From contig OX337231.1 in the NCBI GenBank assembly GCA_946965045.2, forward strand, positions 930,001 through 994,000: a stretch of 64,000 nt of DNA. The letters run 5' to 3'. The translations under genes were made by a program, and so were the position numbers. The number at the start of each line of letters is the position of its first letter. Position 1 is the stretch's first letter. This stretch comes from Epithemia pelagica (lineage: Eukaryota > Protista > Bacillariophyta). This document shows, one piece after another, positions 20,717 through 32,275 of this stretch. The notes under the pieces were generated by a model. That model was not told the origin of the DNA, ran no database searches, and saw only the letters and a list, made by a program, of their open reading frames with translations.

Positions 20717-21123
20717 TATGGTGGGGATTGTTCCATGGATTCGTCTCTCGCTGCCCTTTTTTTCGATCCGGGTTGAGAACTCAAAAATTGGCTAGGAGTA
20801 AGGTTATCGATAGTTGCGCGCGCGATATGGACGACGAAAGAATTCTGTCAAACCACGAATATAGCTATGCGCCCTACCTCCACTCTCCACTCCACCGTCC
20901 ACCGTCGTCAACGTCCTCCTCTAGTGATGCACAATTACTCCTATGTCTCGTTTTTAGAAGAGGCAGCAAACTTGTTGTACTCTCCTGTCAGCTCTCTTGA
21001 AGAGATGAAGCGACTCACGAAGATCATGTAATGTAGCATATAAAATATACGAAACTATTTTGTTCACTACTAGTAGAATCATAGACACACTGCCGGCAGC
21101 GTGATTTCTTGGATGGGGTCAAC

Positions 21124-23184
21124 TTAAACAAATGCTGAGTATACATGGACTTCTCCTGCTTCTCCATGGAGATCTTCTCTTTCCTGCACTTTCTTTTCAT
21201 CTTCAAAATAGCCTTGTCTGTGTTTCTTTTCATGCGCCATTCTGTCGTTGTTCATCGTCATCTTCCCTTCCATTGTGACAATGTCTTCCCGTTTCTCTCT
21301 GCTGGATTCATGGAGATTGGCATTTTCGTGCTCTCTCATTTCGTCCTCTGGATACCTCGATTCGCTACGTCGCTGTTGCTGGGTTCGTTGTTCCCTCTCT
21401 CGAAGGTCTGGCAAACTACCCAGTACTCTTTCTCGCGTGGAATGAATCTTTTCTCGCAAGGCTTGAACGTCCTCGACCAATTTTTCTCTCCTCACCGTAC
21501 CTCCACAAATGTGTTGGTTTTGTACGTCCACAGCCTCCACCAATTGCGATCGGTGGGATGTGTCACGAAGGTAAGCTTCTTCGTGGTACCGGATCATTTT
21601 CATAATGGCCTCACGAGACTCTTGCGCCTTGGCATCCAGTTCCTGTTGTCGACTGACTTGGTTCAAAATACGAGCGTGTTCCTTTGCGGCGGCCTGCATT
21701 TCAGCCTCATGAACATCGGCTTGCTCAATAATAGCCTCTTGTTCACTCGACATGTCGTCCAAGAAGCCAGCTACTGTTTGAAGCTTCTCAGTCAGTGCAC
21801 CGACAGTCTTTCGTAGATCCAGGCGATCTCGTTCCAGCTCATCCAAACGAGCTCGGGCCTTTTCGGCCGACGTACTGGCGGATGCTGTGTGACTCTGGAG
21901 CTGCGTTTTCAGAGCATGGATTTGTTGTGACAGAGTTGCCTCATTTCGAATCCGCTCTTGGATTTCTGCCTTGAGGCTTTCGGTTTCAGCCCGTGTCTTT
22001 TCTGCTTCCCTCACGAGTCTCGAAATCTCCTCGTCCTTTTCCGCATTGCTTTCTTCCAGGGCCTTCTTTTCCAGTTCGGCTCCTGCGACGACTTCGTCCA
22101 GAGATTTGTTGAGCACTTCTTTCTCAATCAAGAGATGATTGACATGTTCTTGTATCTTGGTTAGCTTTTCGGTGAGACTGTCGACTTCTTCTTTCAATTT
22201 GGTTTCTTCATCGCTTTTGTTTTTCTTGTTTGCTTCAAGGTCGACACCCAAGGTTTGAACTTGTCCTTGCAAGCTTTTCTCAATCTCTTCTTGCTTGGCC
22301 AATTTTCCTTCCATGGTGGCTACATGGTCGACGAGGACCTTCGATGCTGCCTGCGTTCGGCGAAGTTCATCTTCGAGTTCACCAATTTTCTTTTCCAATG
22401 AGGCAATTCCTGCCGCTTTCTTTTGCTCAATAGCGGCAATTTCTTTTTTATGCTCCTGCTTAATGGTTTCCAGCTCGACGTTGTTATTCTGTTTCTCTTC
22501 GGAGCGTGCCTCACTGCGGGCAGCACGAAGAGCCAAGAGATGGTTCTTCATGGCGTAGACAAACTCGCGATGCTTCGGACCCGAGCTGCTCGCGGCCAAA
22601 TGTTTGGGTGTTCGACCTTTGCGGTCCGCAATATCAATCGAGTTCGGGAAGGCATCCAAGAGGAGTTTGCATACAGAGGCTCCGGACGCACGCTTATAGG
22701 CCAAGTGGATTGGCAAAGAACCCTCGTCGTCTCGTTCCGCTGCTCCTTCGGGGAAGATGAGCAAGATTGACTCGACCACCTCCGGTGGAGATTGGAAAAT
22801 AATGGCTCCATGGATGGGTAGCAAACGCCACCGAATCTTTTGTTTCTGGGGCTCTTTCCGGTAAACCCACGTGCGTGCTTCTTCGGGAGCTTGTTCCAAA
22901 ATTGTGATAGCTTCAGACCATCGCCTTTTCTGAAGAGCTGAGTAGAGATCGGTTGGCTCTTTGTCGTAGTCTCGTTCAAGAAGAGACTCTATTGTAGGCT
23001 TTATCTCGGGCGTCGCCACAAGGTGTGCAAGGTTTTCTGTTTGTACTTTGTCTTGTCGACCCAGTTCTTCCTCAATCACAGCCTTCGTGCGGGGGCTAAC
23101 CTCTCCTCCACTGGGATCCATTTTCCAAGAACCAAGATTCTGAGTTTCGGATTTCATTGATGGGGCCGAGTTGGAACTTTCCAT
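21124..23184 (-). CDS. Ankyrin-like-head / long coiled-coil protein (cluster paralogue 2)
   Basis: ERDYDKEPTDLYSAL...W...ARTWVYR...WRLLPIHGA...FPEGAAERDDEGSLPIHLA...DRKGRTPKHLA, then ~400 aa of heptad coiled coil. ATG 23184 is likely. Confidence 0.8.
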   Translation of the reverse strand: MESSNSAPSMKSETQNLGSWKMDPSGGEVSPRTKAVIEEELGRQDKVQTENLAHLVATPEIKPTIESLLERDYDKEPTDLYSALQKRRWSEAITILEQAPEEARTWVYRKEPQKQKIRWRLLPIHGAIIFQSPPEVVESILLIFPEGAAERDDEGSLPIHLAYKRASGASVCKLLLDAFPNSIDIADRKGRTPKHLAASSSGPKHREFVYAMKNHLLALRAARSEARSEEKQNNNVELETIKQEHKKEIAAIEQKKAAGIASLEKKIGELEDELRRTQAASKVLVDHVATMEGKLAKQEEIEKSLQGQVQTLGVDLEANKKNKSDEETKLKEEVDSLTEKLTKIQEHVNHLLIEKEVLNKSLDEVVAGAELEKKALEESNAEKDEEISRLVREAEKTRAETESLKAEIQERIRNEATLSQQIHALKTQLQSHTASASTSAEKARARLDELERDRLDLRKTVGALTEKLQTVAGFLDDMSSEQEAIIEQADVHEAEMQAAAKEHARILNQVSRQQELDAKAQESREAIMKMIRYHEEAYLRDTSHRSQLVEAVDVQNQHICGGTVRREKLVEDVQALREKIHSTRERVLGSLPDLREREQRTQQQRRSESRYPEDEMREHENANLHESSREKREDIVTMEGKMTMNNDRMAHEKKHRQGYFEDEKKVQEREDLHGEAGEVHVYSAFV

Positions 23185-23672
23185 TGATGCAATAAGGTAT
23201 CTTTCACGGGGTGCGCGCCAATGGATGTGTGACGTTCTTGTTGTGCTTCTCAAATGTGTGACAAGAGGTGCAATCAAACATTTCCCCTTTCCCTATCACA
23301 GCGATTGGGAGCGATGGAAAGGCGACGAGAGTCCATGCAGTGTGTTTCGTCGATTCGGATCGCTCGATCAATATGTGAGCGAGCGTGGAGTCGCAGATTT
23401 TAAATAAGCCCCCGTAGAGGCATATATAATTAATTCACTCTTACTAATAATTTTTGCGCCATATGTAATTTGATCGAAGATATCGTCTTGGGATTTCTGG
23501 GATGCCACATTTTCTGGTTTTGGAGCAGTCAACGCATTCATTGCAAAGAAAGAGATCTACCCCATATTCCTCTCTCAAAAGAAACGAAGGACAACCTCAT
23601 TAAACCTAATACGCTTCCACTACTTCTTTCTTTTGTTTGATCAACTTATTTGATGAGCTACGTTATAATGGG

Positions 23673-24818
23673 CTACTGGGCTTGATCCTTGGTTGACGAC
23701 GCGGCAACGACTTGATTGTAGTGCTCACCCAAGGAATAGTAATGCAAATGATACGACAGTCGAATGGGAACTTTGTCGCTGTTTCCATCATCACCATCAC
23801 CCGTGATGACCATGGCTGTGGTGCTATTCGTGCTGTACACATGGATCGGACGATTCAACGCCATTGCTAGAGCTCGAAGCTCCAAATGTCCACCCCAATC
23901 GGAAGACGACCGAACGCGTTCGACATACGCCGCATAATCACCCTCGACGGTTCCTTCATTATACTCTACGAATGGTGCAAATTCCTCTTGTTTCTCTTGA
24001 AGCGCTTGCGCACAAATTGCTCGTATCCGTACATAATCTGTGTTGGATGGATTGCTGCTGCTGGAATCGGCACCAATTCCGTCGATTGGACCTTCTCCTT
24101 CAGAGAGTTGTGCCGCTACAGCCCGGTATAAACAATGGCCATCGGCTGGAACATCACGAACAGCCAAATTTAGGGGTTGCAATATTTGTTTCAATTGTGC
24201 ATTTTCCAAGTCGCGAGGGGTCCGTCCCAAAGTTGCCGCTTTCTCAGCGGCAATTTCCTCTTCACGACGTCTTTCTTTTTCTTTCTGCTTCTCACGTTTC
24301 CGTCGCGCTTTCTCCATTTTCCGCTGCCGTTGTAGCTCCTCTTCATTCACTTCGACTGACGTGTCAGTGGATGCGGCATTTTCAGATACTTCATTCGAAG
24401 CTTTTTGAGCGTGATTTTTGCTTTCGTCTGTGCCTTCGTTAGCCTCTGACAGTGAATTGCTGTTTTCCACTGAAGACTGATGTTCGGATCGTTCCTTCTT
24501 GTGTCTTTCTTCCAGTTGCACGGTTTTTTGGTTGAATTCCGCTTCGACGCTGTGTATTCGAGGAAGAAAGCATGGTGTCAAGAAAAATCACAAACTTCAG
24601 TGGTGATGGTTGACGTCGTCTTTTCCATAGTAAATTTGTATGTACCTGGCTTGAGCATCTTTCCCTTTCTTTCCCTTGAGCGCCTTTGCCTTTTTCAATG
24701 CCGCTCTTTTCTCGCCGTCCAACGCTTTCACCTCTTTCCGGTGTCTCGACTCCATTTCCTCGAGGCTTTCCGACCCACCGCCAGTTGCTGTTTCTTCGTT
24801 ACCAGTCAAGGATGACAT
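23673..24818 (-). CDS. OTUD6B: OTU-domain deubiquitinase (OTUD6B/OTU2-like), 2 exons
   Basis: Exon 1 24818-24646 (EEMESRHRKEVKAL); phase-2 GT-AG intron 24645-24550 restores the frame; exon 2 24549-23673 with VPADGHCLYRAVAAQL (catalytic Cys), WGGHLELRALA and LSYHLHYYSLGEHYN (catalytic His). Confidence 0.9.
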
Positions 24819-25364
24819 ATCCAACGAGTATAAAAATGTTACACAACGAAAGTCTCTCTCGAAAGGTTCCTCTATCTTCTAATCTTCTTTGCGGGGGATC
24901 TCACAAGGCGATGTGGCGGCCATGATGGTGATGACGTCATAAACGTGACCTGTGTTGCTCTTGTACCTTCACAACTTGGGATTCGGCCCGCGCGCCGCTG
25001 GACGATCGCAGTTTGGCGCACCAGCTTTTGTCCATATTCTTCGCCTTCCACGATGATAGAGTACATGATCTTTACAGTATAGAATTAAGCCTCAATCAGG
25101 GCTATTTTATATCATGTCCATTGACAAATTAGGACTATCTAAATACGCGTGAGGGGAACCGAGCCGTCATTATTAGCGAGGGATATCTACGAAACGAGGT
25201 AACACTGAATTAATTGGCGCAAGAACTGAACATCTCGCCCACTTTTTCCATTCCTTTTTCTGAGACCCCAACAAAACAAGCCTTGGGGTGAGAACTTGAT
25301 CACTGCCTTGCAGCATAAGAACAGCAACAACGTCGGAAACTAATCAGGCGATAGATTTGGAACA

Positions 25365-27587
25365 ATGTGGCCTTTCTGGGACGAGAAAGCGGAAACCTAC
25401 GACGTTACGAAGTCGAAGGAAAACGAGACGACGACAAACGTCGAAAAAACTCTGAGTGAAACACTTGAATGCGACTATCAGCGTGACTGCATTCCATTGT
25501 ACAAACATTTAGAGGGTGAACGATTCGATGAAGCGTACACCTTTTTAACTACTGGGTACTGGCCGGGATGCATTTTTTCCGATCCCATCGCCCCAGAGTT
25601 GCAGGCTCGTACTTGGATCACACGTTTTGATGAGTCGGAACATGACAAACAGGTCGTTTGGTCTCAGCTGGCATTGCATCTTGCCATCGTTGTTGAAGCT
25701 CCTATTTCTATTGTCAAGAAGCTTGTCGAATTCTACCCTCAGTCTGTCCGATGCACAGATGACCAGCGTATGCTTCCCCTTCATCTCGCATTGCGTCATG
25801 GTGGAAACTTTGAGGTTGTTGCATTCTTGCTAAAGCAATTTCCAGAAGCAGTCAACGTACGTGGAGGAAAAGGGGAAGGCCGGCTTCCTGTTGAATATGC
25901 CCAACGCGGCCCCAACAAAGCTCTCGGAGATATCTTGGAAACCTTTGTGGAAAAGTCGAAGGCCAAAGCGACCAAGACTGCGGCTAAGAATCATGCCAAA
26001 GAGCTCGAGATTCTCCAAGCAAAGCTTCAAGCAAAGGAGTATGAGTTGTCAAATGTCAAGAACCGACTCAACACGCTCGATGACGAGAAAGATTCGCTCG
26101 AACGAGAACTTTATGAAAAAAGAAAAGAACTCAAGGAATCAATGGAGAGCATGGAGAGATTGTCAGCCTTGAAACAGAAAGAAGAGATCGAGGGTGCTGT
26201 GAATGCTGAAGAAAAAGAAGAAGCACTGACGCAGAGCGCATCGTTCATCGAAGGTCGCAAAGGTGAAACAGCAGAGGATGCGCCCAAACCCCCCAAGAAG
26301 GAGTCAAAGAAAAAGCCAGAGGCCGCTCTTCGTGGAACGGGTGGGCTCATTACCAAACATATTAACGCACTTGAAGAGCACCAAACAGGCCTCCGCAAGC
26401 GCATTGAAGAAATCGAGCGTAAGGTGCAAGAAAACAAAACTGAGAGCAAGGTCACGGAAGAAGAAGGAGGTCTTCTTGAGGAGCTTGGATCTGTGCTTGA
26501 TCAATCCATCCAACAGCTCCGGGAACGTGTGAACACGGTGCCCTCTATGCACACGACAGAGGAGACAGCGAAAGAAGCTCCAACGCCAACGGATACTCCA
26601 ACGGATACAGTGATGACCAAGGAAGAAATTACGGAAGACAAACAACCGGAAGAACGTCCTACTACACCTGCAGCGGACCTCCAGCAACGAATTATTGATC
26701 TTGAAGTCGATGTGGCACTCAAGCGGTCGGAGAGCAAGATCAATAGCGAGCTCAGTGCAACCTTCCAGGGACTGACGGAAATAGGCAACAACAGAAAAGA
26801 GCAAATCGTAGTCGAAACAGTAGAAACGGAAGATGAAGACGAAGGCCCTGTTATCATCACAAAGGAAACCATCGAAGCTCCCCACATGCAGCCGGAAGCC
26901 ATGACAACGGAAGTTGAGCGCAAAAAACCTGTACGTCGTCCATCGACAACGGACATCAAATCTCTCATGGAACAAGTTCGGGCCGTAACCAAGAGGCCCG
27001 CCACCCCACCTACAAAAGAGAGCATGTCTCCCACGGAAATGCCTACTACGGAAGGAGAGCAGAAGACAAATGACGATACCACTCCAGACACTCCAGCTGC
27101 TGCTACGGACGTGACCAACGACAAGGGGGATGTGCGCGACGACACGGATGCTCAGCAGCCCGAACAAAGTAGGGAGGACGTGGTTGCACATGCTACGCGT
27201 GATGACGACGAAGAAAACGACAATACCATCCTTGTCGCAGAAGTCAGAGTTGGTCCAGATGCACAGGAAAAGGCTCCTGCCGACGTGGATGCCAATGTTG
27301 CTACAGACGACATGGACAAAGAGACAAAGCGTGAAGCGGTCGACGCTGCTGAAACCGGCGATGCTGTAAGCACAAAAGACGACCCCTCTGTCGTGTCGGA
27401 AGTGAGTGCAACGGAAAGCAAAAAGTCCATGTTTTCACCAGTATCGCAAAAGTCCAAGTCTCCGGATCCAGAAGGCGCGTCTGCGACATCATCGACAAAG
27501 AAGAAGAAAAAGTCCTCGCGTCCCAAGTTTGGCTTTCGCAATCGGAAACGTCAGCCACAAACTGTTCCTACGGTTCCAACGGCCTAA
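25365..27587 (+). CDS. Ankyrin-like-head / coiled-coil / acidic low-complexity protein (cluster paralogue 3)
   Basis: ECDYQRDCIPLYKHL...TGYWPG...QARTWITRF...WSQLALHLAIVVEAP...YPQSVRCTDDQRMLPLHLA...FPEAVN, then coiled coil, a T/E/D/A-rich tail and a basic end (KKKKKSSRPKFGFRNRKR). Confidence 0.8.
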   Translation: MWPFWDEKAETYDVTKSKENETTTNVEKTLSETLECDYQRDCIPLYKHLEGERFDEAYTFLTTGYWPGCIFSDPIAPELQARTWITRFDESEHDKQVVWSQLALHLAIVVEAPISIVKKLVEFYPQSVRCTDDQRMLPLHLALRHGGNFEVVAFLLKQFPEAVNVRGGKGEGRLPVEYAQRGPNKALGDILETFVEKSKAKATKTAAKNHAKELEILQAKLQAKEYELSNVKNRLNTLDDEKDSLERELYEKRKELKESMESMERLSALKQKEEIEGAVNAEEKEEALTQSASFIEGRKGETAEDAPKPPKKESKKKPEAALRGTGGLITKHINALEEHQTGLRKRIEEIERKVQENKTESKVTEEEGGLLEELGSVLDQSIQQLRERVNTVPSMHTTEETAKEAPTPTDTPTDTVMTKEEITEDKQPEERPTTPAADLQQRIIDLEVDVALKRSESKINSELSATFQGLTEIGNNRKEQIVVETVETEDEDEGPVIITKETIEAPHMQPEAMTTEVERKKPVRRPSTTDIKSLMEQVRAVTKRPATPPTKESMSPTEMPTTEGEQKTNDDTTPDTPAAATDVTNDKGDVRDDTDAQQPEQSREDVVAHATRDDDEENDNTILVAEVRVGPDAQEKAPADVDANVATDDMDKETKREAVDAAETGDAVSTKDDPSVVSEVSATESKKSMFSPVSQKSKSPDPEGASATSSTKKKKKSSRPKFGFRNRKRQPQTVPTVPTA

Positions 27588-28398
27588 TTTGCCTTCTTCT
27601 TCTGTATGTTTATCATCCCATGAATAATTCCTTGTCCCATGAAACACTTTTGTGACAGCAGCAAAAGCTCTGCTTGTGAAGTAGAAAGAAACTATATAGT
27701 GTTTTGTCCTTTCTTGTTATGGGGTAGAAAGCTGCCTTCTTTCATAAAACGCATTGAGAGATAGAGCATTGAATTATTCGTTCCACGACATTTTAAGTCC
27801 TTTTGAATGTCATTTGCTCAAGACATGAACACTTTAAAGACACACTATTGTGATGATAATCCACTATTGGGTACTCCTATTAGACCGCTCCTCTAGAGTA
27901 GCTATGAAGTCTATGTGGGAGATTCAGAAGAGATTCATTTTTGGCGGGACGTCATTTGGTCGCGGATAATGGAGCGTCCATGGTCGGATCTTTCGACACT
28001 TCTGTCCGTTGGGAGCGGATGGCGTGGACTTGGAAAAATTACATAGGCCATTGCTGGCATCTCATTCTAGATAACAGAAATTTACTCCCCGTCATAGGAG
28101 TTGGCGAAACAGGAATCCGTAAATACTCGTGATTACGTGAGTAGGACGATCCATCGCTGAACTATTGATAGGGACTCTCTCGGCTGACGAGAAATCTACT
28201 TAGATACAAAAGACACATTCCTTGGAAGGCGCGGAAACCAAAGACCGACAAGCTCCACCTTTTCGCCGATCCATAAACGATCCCCATCATTCATTCTTTC
28301 CTACAGCACCCTAACATCTACGTGAAGGTGCTTTCCAGAAATCATTCTCATTCATCTTTTTGCTTGCGACCAAGAGAGTTGAGAGTAATTGAAGAAGG

Positions 28399-31300
28399 AT
28401 GCTTTCCTATTTTGGACTTGGGTCCGATGCGCCGGAAAATGGAGGCGCGCAGCCGAAATCGGCTCATACAAGCATGAATGACAATGCGGAAGTGGCCAAA
28501 ATGTTGAAAGAGGAGGCACTTGAATGTGACTACGAAACCAACTGTACTGCTCTTTACAAGCACATCGAAGAGGAAGATTGGTCCGCAGTTGCCAAGTTTT
28601 TAGAGACTGGTTACTGGCCAGGAAATTTCTTTCCCGATTTTAATGCTCCCGCTGACCAAGCGAGGACCTGGGTCACTCGTTTCAACAAGACCGATGAGGC
28701 TGCCGGTGTACGATGGTCGCAACTCCCCTTGCACTTGGCCATTGTGGTGGAGGCGCCCTACGAAGTGGTCGGCAGCTTGATTGAATTGTACCCCCAGGCG
28801 GTCCGCTGCACCGATGATCAACACATGCTTCCTCTTCATTTGGCCATGCGTCACGGTTCTTCGGACAATGTTGTGGATCTGCTCTTGGCCGCCTTCCCTG
28901 AAGCCGTCAATGCCAAGGGCAAGAACGACCGCACACCCATTGAGTGCGCTGTGCGTGGTCCCAACAAGGTGCGCGCACGTATTTTGGGAACCTTTGTGGA
29001 ACGGGCCAAGGCTAAAGCGACCAAGACAGTGTCCGTGACCTATGGTCGTGAAGTTGCTGCTCTTCGAAACCAGTTGGAAGACAAGGAAACTCAACTAGAT
29101 GATGTGAAATCGAAAATGTCGGCGCTTGATGCAGCCAAAGCCGAACTTGAGTCGGAACTTGCCAAAAATCAAGTCCAAGAAACATCACCGGACATGGTTA
29201 CGCAATCCTTCTCCAAAGATCCGGAAGCTGACAAAGAAATTAAGCAGCAAATCACCACTCTTGAACAAGAAAAGGAAATGTTGGTGCAAGCTCAAGCGCG
29301 TGCAAGTGAAGAAGAAAGGAAACTTATCGCCGAGCTTGAAAAGGTGCAGCTCCAAGTTGCCAAAACTGCGTCACCGGAAGACTTGCTGGCTCTCAAGGAA
29401 GAAATTGAAGCTTTGAAGAAGAGCCGTAACTACACCGATGAAACACCAAGTCTGGAGGTCGAAGAAATGAAGAAGCATATTGCTGAGGAGTTGAAGAAAG
29501 CTGACGGTAGTACCCGAGAAGAGTTGAAGACCATGCAACAAAACATTGTTGAGTTGCATCGCGTCGCCTCTGAAGACATTGGAGAAGGTGATGATCTCTC
29601 CACTCTCAAGGGAGAGGTCGAGGGACTACGCACAGAATTGAAACGCAAAGAACAAGCCGCGAAACTCAAGGTTGATCTCTCTTTGTTGAAAGAAGCGCTT
29701 GCTTCCGAACTCAAGGAATCCGACACCAAAACCGAGGAGCAGATCTCAGCCCTTAACAAAGCGCTTGCCTCGTTGAATCTGTCGGACCTTGATCACAAAA
29801 CTGTCGAAGAACTTACCACCATGAAGGAAGAGCTTGAAGTGCTGCATGCCGAAGTGAAGGAGCGCCGTCTTCCCGACAAAACGACCGAAGATGTGATCAA
29901 GCTTCGCCGACGCGCGGATGAACTTACCATCAAAGCGATTGGTAAAGATATTAAAAATGGCTTGGAGACCATGAAAAAGACTCTCGATGCTATCAAAGTT
30001 GCTGAGTTGCAAGGAAAGACAAACGACGAACTTCTTTCACTCAACGCGGACCTCTCGGTTCTGAGAGAACAGATGAAAGACATGGAGGATGTAACAGAAC
30101 TTCGCTCTGAGATGGAAACATTGTCGACTGATATTGAAGCTGAGTTGAAACAGTCCCGTGGTTCTAAACGTCGTGATATGGCTTCTCTCAAGTCTGCTCT
30201 TTCCAAGGTGAAGAACTACGACAGCAAGACGAAATTCGAGCTTGTTTCATTGAAAATGGAGCTACAGAGTGTTCGAGAAGAACTGAACTTGTACCAGAAA
30301 GCACGAGATTTGAAGAACGAAATTTCGAAACTAAAAGAAGAGGCCAAGCAACATCAACGAAAGGCTTCGGGTACCTCCAAGAGCGAGCTCGAATCGATCC
30401 TTCAGTCCCTGGAGAAGATCGACGAGCAAAAGCTTGAAGGCCAAAGTGCCAAAGATATCGACGAAGTTGAGGTCGAAGTATCCAGTGCCAAGAAGAGCTT
30501 GGCTGACCAAGAACTTGGTCTGCGTCTGAATTCTGAAATGAAAGACCTTCGTAAATCAATCAGTGTGCAGCTCGCTCGTCTTGAGGGAAAGAAAGACGTC
30601 ACGAAGTTTAAGTCAGCTCTGGCTAAGTTGAGTGATGACCAGCTCGATGCCAAAACCACCAAAGAATTAATCGCAACAAAGGAAGAAATTGCTCCATTGG
30701 AAAATGAACTCAAGGAGAAGGAACGAGTTGTCGAAGACATCGACGCGATCAAGGCCATTTTGGATGATCTCTTGAAAAAGAAGGAAGGTGCAGTAAAACA
30801 AGATCTGTTGACAATGAAAGCCACAGTTGATGCGATTGATCTAGACGAACTGGATCCAAATAATGTTACTGAGTGGGAAGATTTGAAGTCCCAGATTACA
30901 TTCTTGAAGAAAGAACTTCAGGATGCCGACATTGCCGACAAAACAAAGCAAGACCTCATTGCTCTGAAAGATGCCCTTGATGCTTCAATTTCTTCATCTG
31001 AGGGCACAGCGAAAGAAGAGCTTGTACTTATCAAGAAAGCCGTCGATTCTATTGATATATCGAAGATGGATGCCGATAATCGTGAAGAATGGATGAAGCT
31101 GAAAAAGGAAATTGATGAGCTGAAGAAAGAACTCAAGGCGAAGGAGTGTGAAAGCATGTACTTGACAATTGATGGCAAACTAAAGGATACCCGTGGTGGA
31201 CTTTCCAAAGTCGAGATAAGCCGTACTACGTCCCGCATGTCGGCCATCGACGAGAAGTTTAAGGAGATGTCTTACGCCGATCTCGTATCCACGAAAGAAA

Positions 31301-32034
31301 AACTGGAGTCAATTTTGGCTGATATGCCTGTGCCAAAGGAAGAATCGAAAACAAGCGAAGCACCCACAATGAAGGTGCCCATCAAAAAGGCCGTCGCACC
31401 TAAGAAAACTTCGACTCCCAAGAAAGAGAAATCCAGTGCGAAGAAGGCATCAAAAGTTGCAACTCCTACCAAGGAGACCATTGACAAGACGACTTCTAGT
31501 ACTCCTCCCTCTGTGAAAACGACTCTGAATTCCGAATCTACCCCGAACACGAAAACTACTCCGAAAAAACAAAAGACTCCTCGATTTAGAGGGCTTTTCG
31601 GACGACGCAGGAGCCAAACGAAGAATGCTGGAGAGAGCAAGGATCCCATTGAAGAGAAGCAAATGGATCTTCAAAGTAATCCCTCTGGAAGTGATGCGGC
31701 CTCTTCCATTCCTCCCTCACCTTCGTCCCAAGATGAATCAAAAGGAAATGTACAGTCCGTGGCATCCATGGCTTCGATTGACGAGGAGAAAAAGGAATCT
31801 GAGGACGCCGCTCCTTTGTCTGCATCGCCCAGTGAAGCTTCCAGTGGAAACAATGCAGAGTCTCCCTTCGAAGATGTACAAATGACAAGAACTACGTCCA
31901 AGCCAATGGTTAGCCCAGGAGGCGATATTGAATTGGTTAACTCCGAAGAAGATTTCATGCCAATGCTCTCTCGTGTCCCTGTCCCCGTGGAACCTAGCAG
32001 CGGAGGAGAAGTTGAAACGGTCTTTGTTGAATAG
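28399..32034 (+). CDS. Ankyrin-like-head protein with ~8-9 tandem ~70-aa helical repeats (cluster paralogue 4)
   Basis: ECDYETNCTALYKHI...TGYWPG...QARTWVTRF...WSQLPLHLAIVVEAP...YPQAVRCTDDQHMLPLHLA...GKNDRTPIECA. The repeat rod spans ~29455-31325 and the protein ends GGEVETVFVE*. Confidence 0.85.
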   Translation: MLSYFGLGSDAPENGGAQPKSAHTSMNDNAEVAKMLKEEALECDYETNCTALYKHIEEEDWSAVAKFLETGYWPGNFFPDFNAPADQARTWVTRFNKTDEAAGVRWSQLPLHLAIVVEAPYEVVGSLIELYPQAVRCTDDQHMLPLHLAMRHGSSDNVVDLLLAAFPEAVNAKGKNDRTPIECAVRGPNKVRARILGTFVERAKAKATKTVSVTYGREVAALRNQLEDKETQLDDVKSKMSALDAAKAELESELAKNQVQETSPDMVTQSFSKDPEADKEIKQQITTLEQEKEMLVQAQARASEEERKLIAELEKVQLQVAKTASPEDLLALKEEIEALKKSRNYTDETPSLEVEEMKKHIAEELKKADGSTREELKTMQQNIVELHRVASEDIGEGDDLSTLKGEVEGLRTELKRKEQAAKLKVDLSLLKEALASELKESDTKTEEQISALNKALASLNLSDLDHKTVEELTTMKEELEVLHAEVKERRLPDKTTEDVIKLRRRADELTIKAIGKDIKNGLETMKKTLDAIKVAELQGKTNDELLSLNADLSVLREQMKDMEDVTELRSEMETLSTDIEAELKQSRGSKRRDMASLKSALSKVKNYDSKTKFELVSLKMELQSVREELNLYQKARDLKNEISKLKEEAKQHQRKASGTSKSELESILQSLEKIDEQKLEGQSAKDIDEVEVEVSSAKKSLADQELGLRLNSEMKDLRKSISVQLARLEGKKDVTKFKSALAKLSDDQLDAKTTKELIATKEEIAPLENELKEKERVVEDIDAIKAILDDLLKKKEGAVKQDLLTMKATVDAIDLDELDPNNVTEWEDLKSQITFLKKELQDADIADKTKQDLIALKDALDASISSSEGTAKEELVLIKKAVDSIDISKMDADNREEWMKLKKEIDELKKELKAKECESMYLTIDGKLKDTRGGLSKVEISRTTSRMSAIDEKFKEMSYADLVSTKEKLESILADMPVPKEESKTSEAPTMKVPIKKAVAPKKTSTPKKEKSSAKKASKVATPTKETIDKTTSSTPPSVKTTLNSESTPNTKTTPKKQKTPRFRGLFGRRRSQTKNAGESKDPIEEKQMDLQSNPSGSDAASSIPPSPSSQDESKGNVQSVASMASIDEEKKESEDAAPLSASPSEASSGNNAESPFEDVQMTRTTSKPMVSPGGDIELVNSEEDFMPMLSRVPVPVEPSSGGEVETVFVE

Positions 32035-32275
32035 TGGATTGTTCATAAAAGTTCACATTGTGATTACGTTAATTTAACCAAGGAAGTCGTTATGTACATT
32101 CTCTTTTTCCCTAGCCGCACGTTTAGGGCGAGCAAATTTTCAGCGTCGTTGGTGTCTAAGCATGCCTGTTCACTCACACTGCTTTAACTGTGGGTACTTG
32201 AGAATTAACTACAGTAGTTTCGGACCATCACATTCTTTGTTGCCCGTCAAACGTTCTCATATTCGTCAAAGATTC

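Noticed and set aside
9610-28270. E2F-like WTTSSCSS sites upstream of several ankyrin-like genes (~9625-9640, 25213, 27940, 28261)
   Set aside because: The motif is degenerate and expected about once per 1-2 kb, and I found none near two of the five genes.
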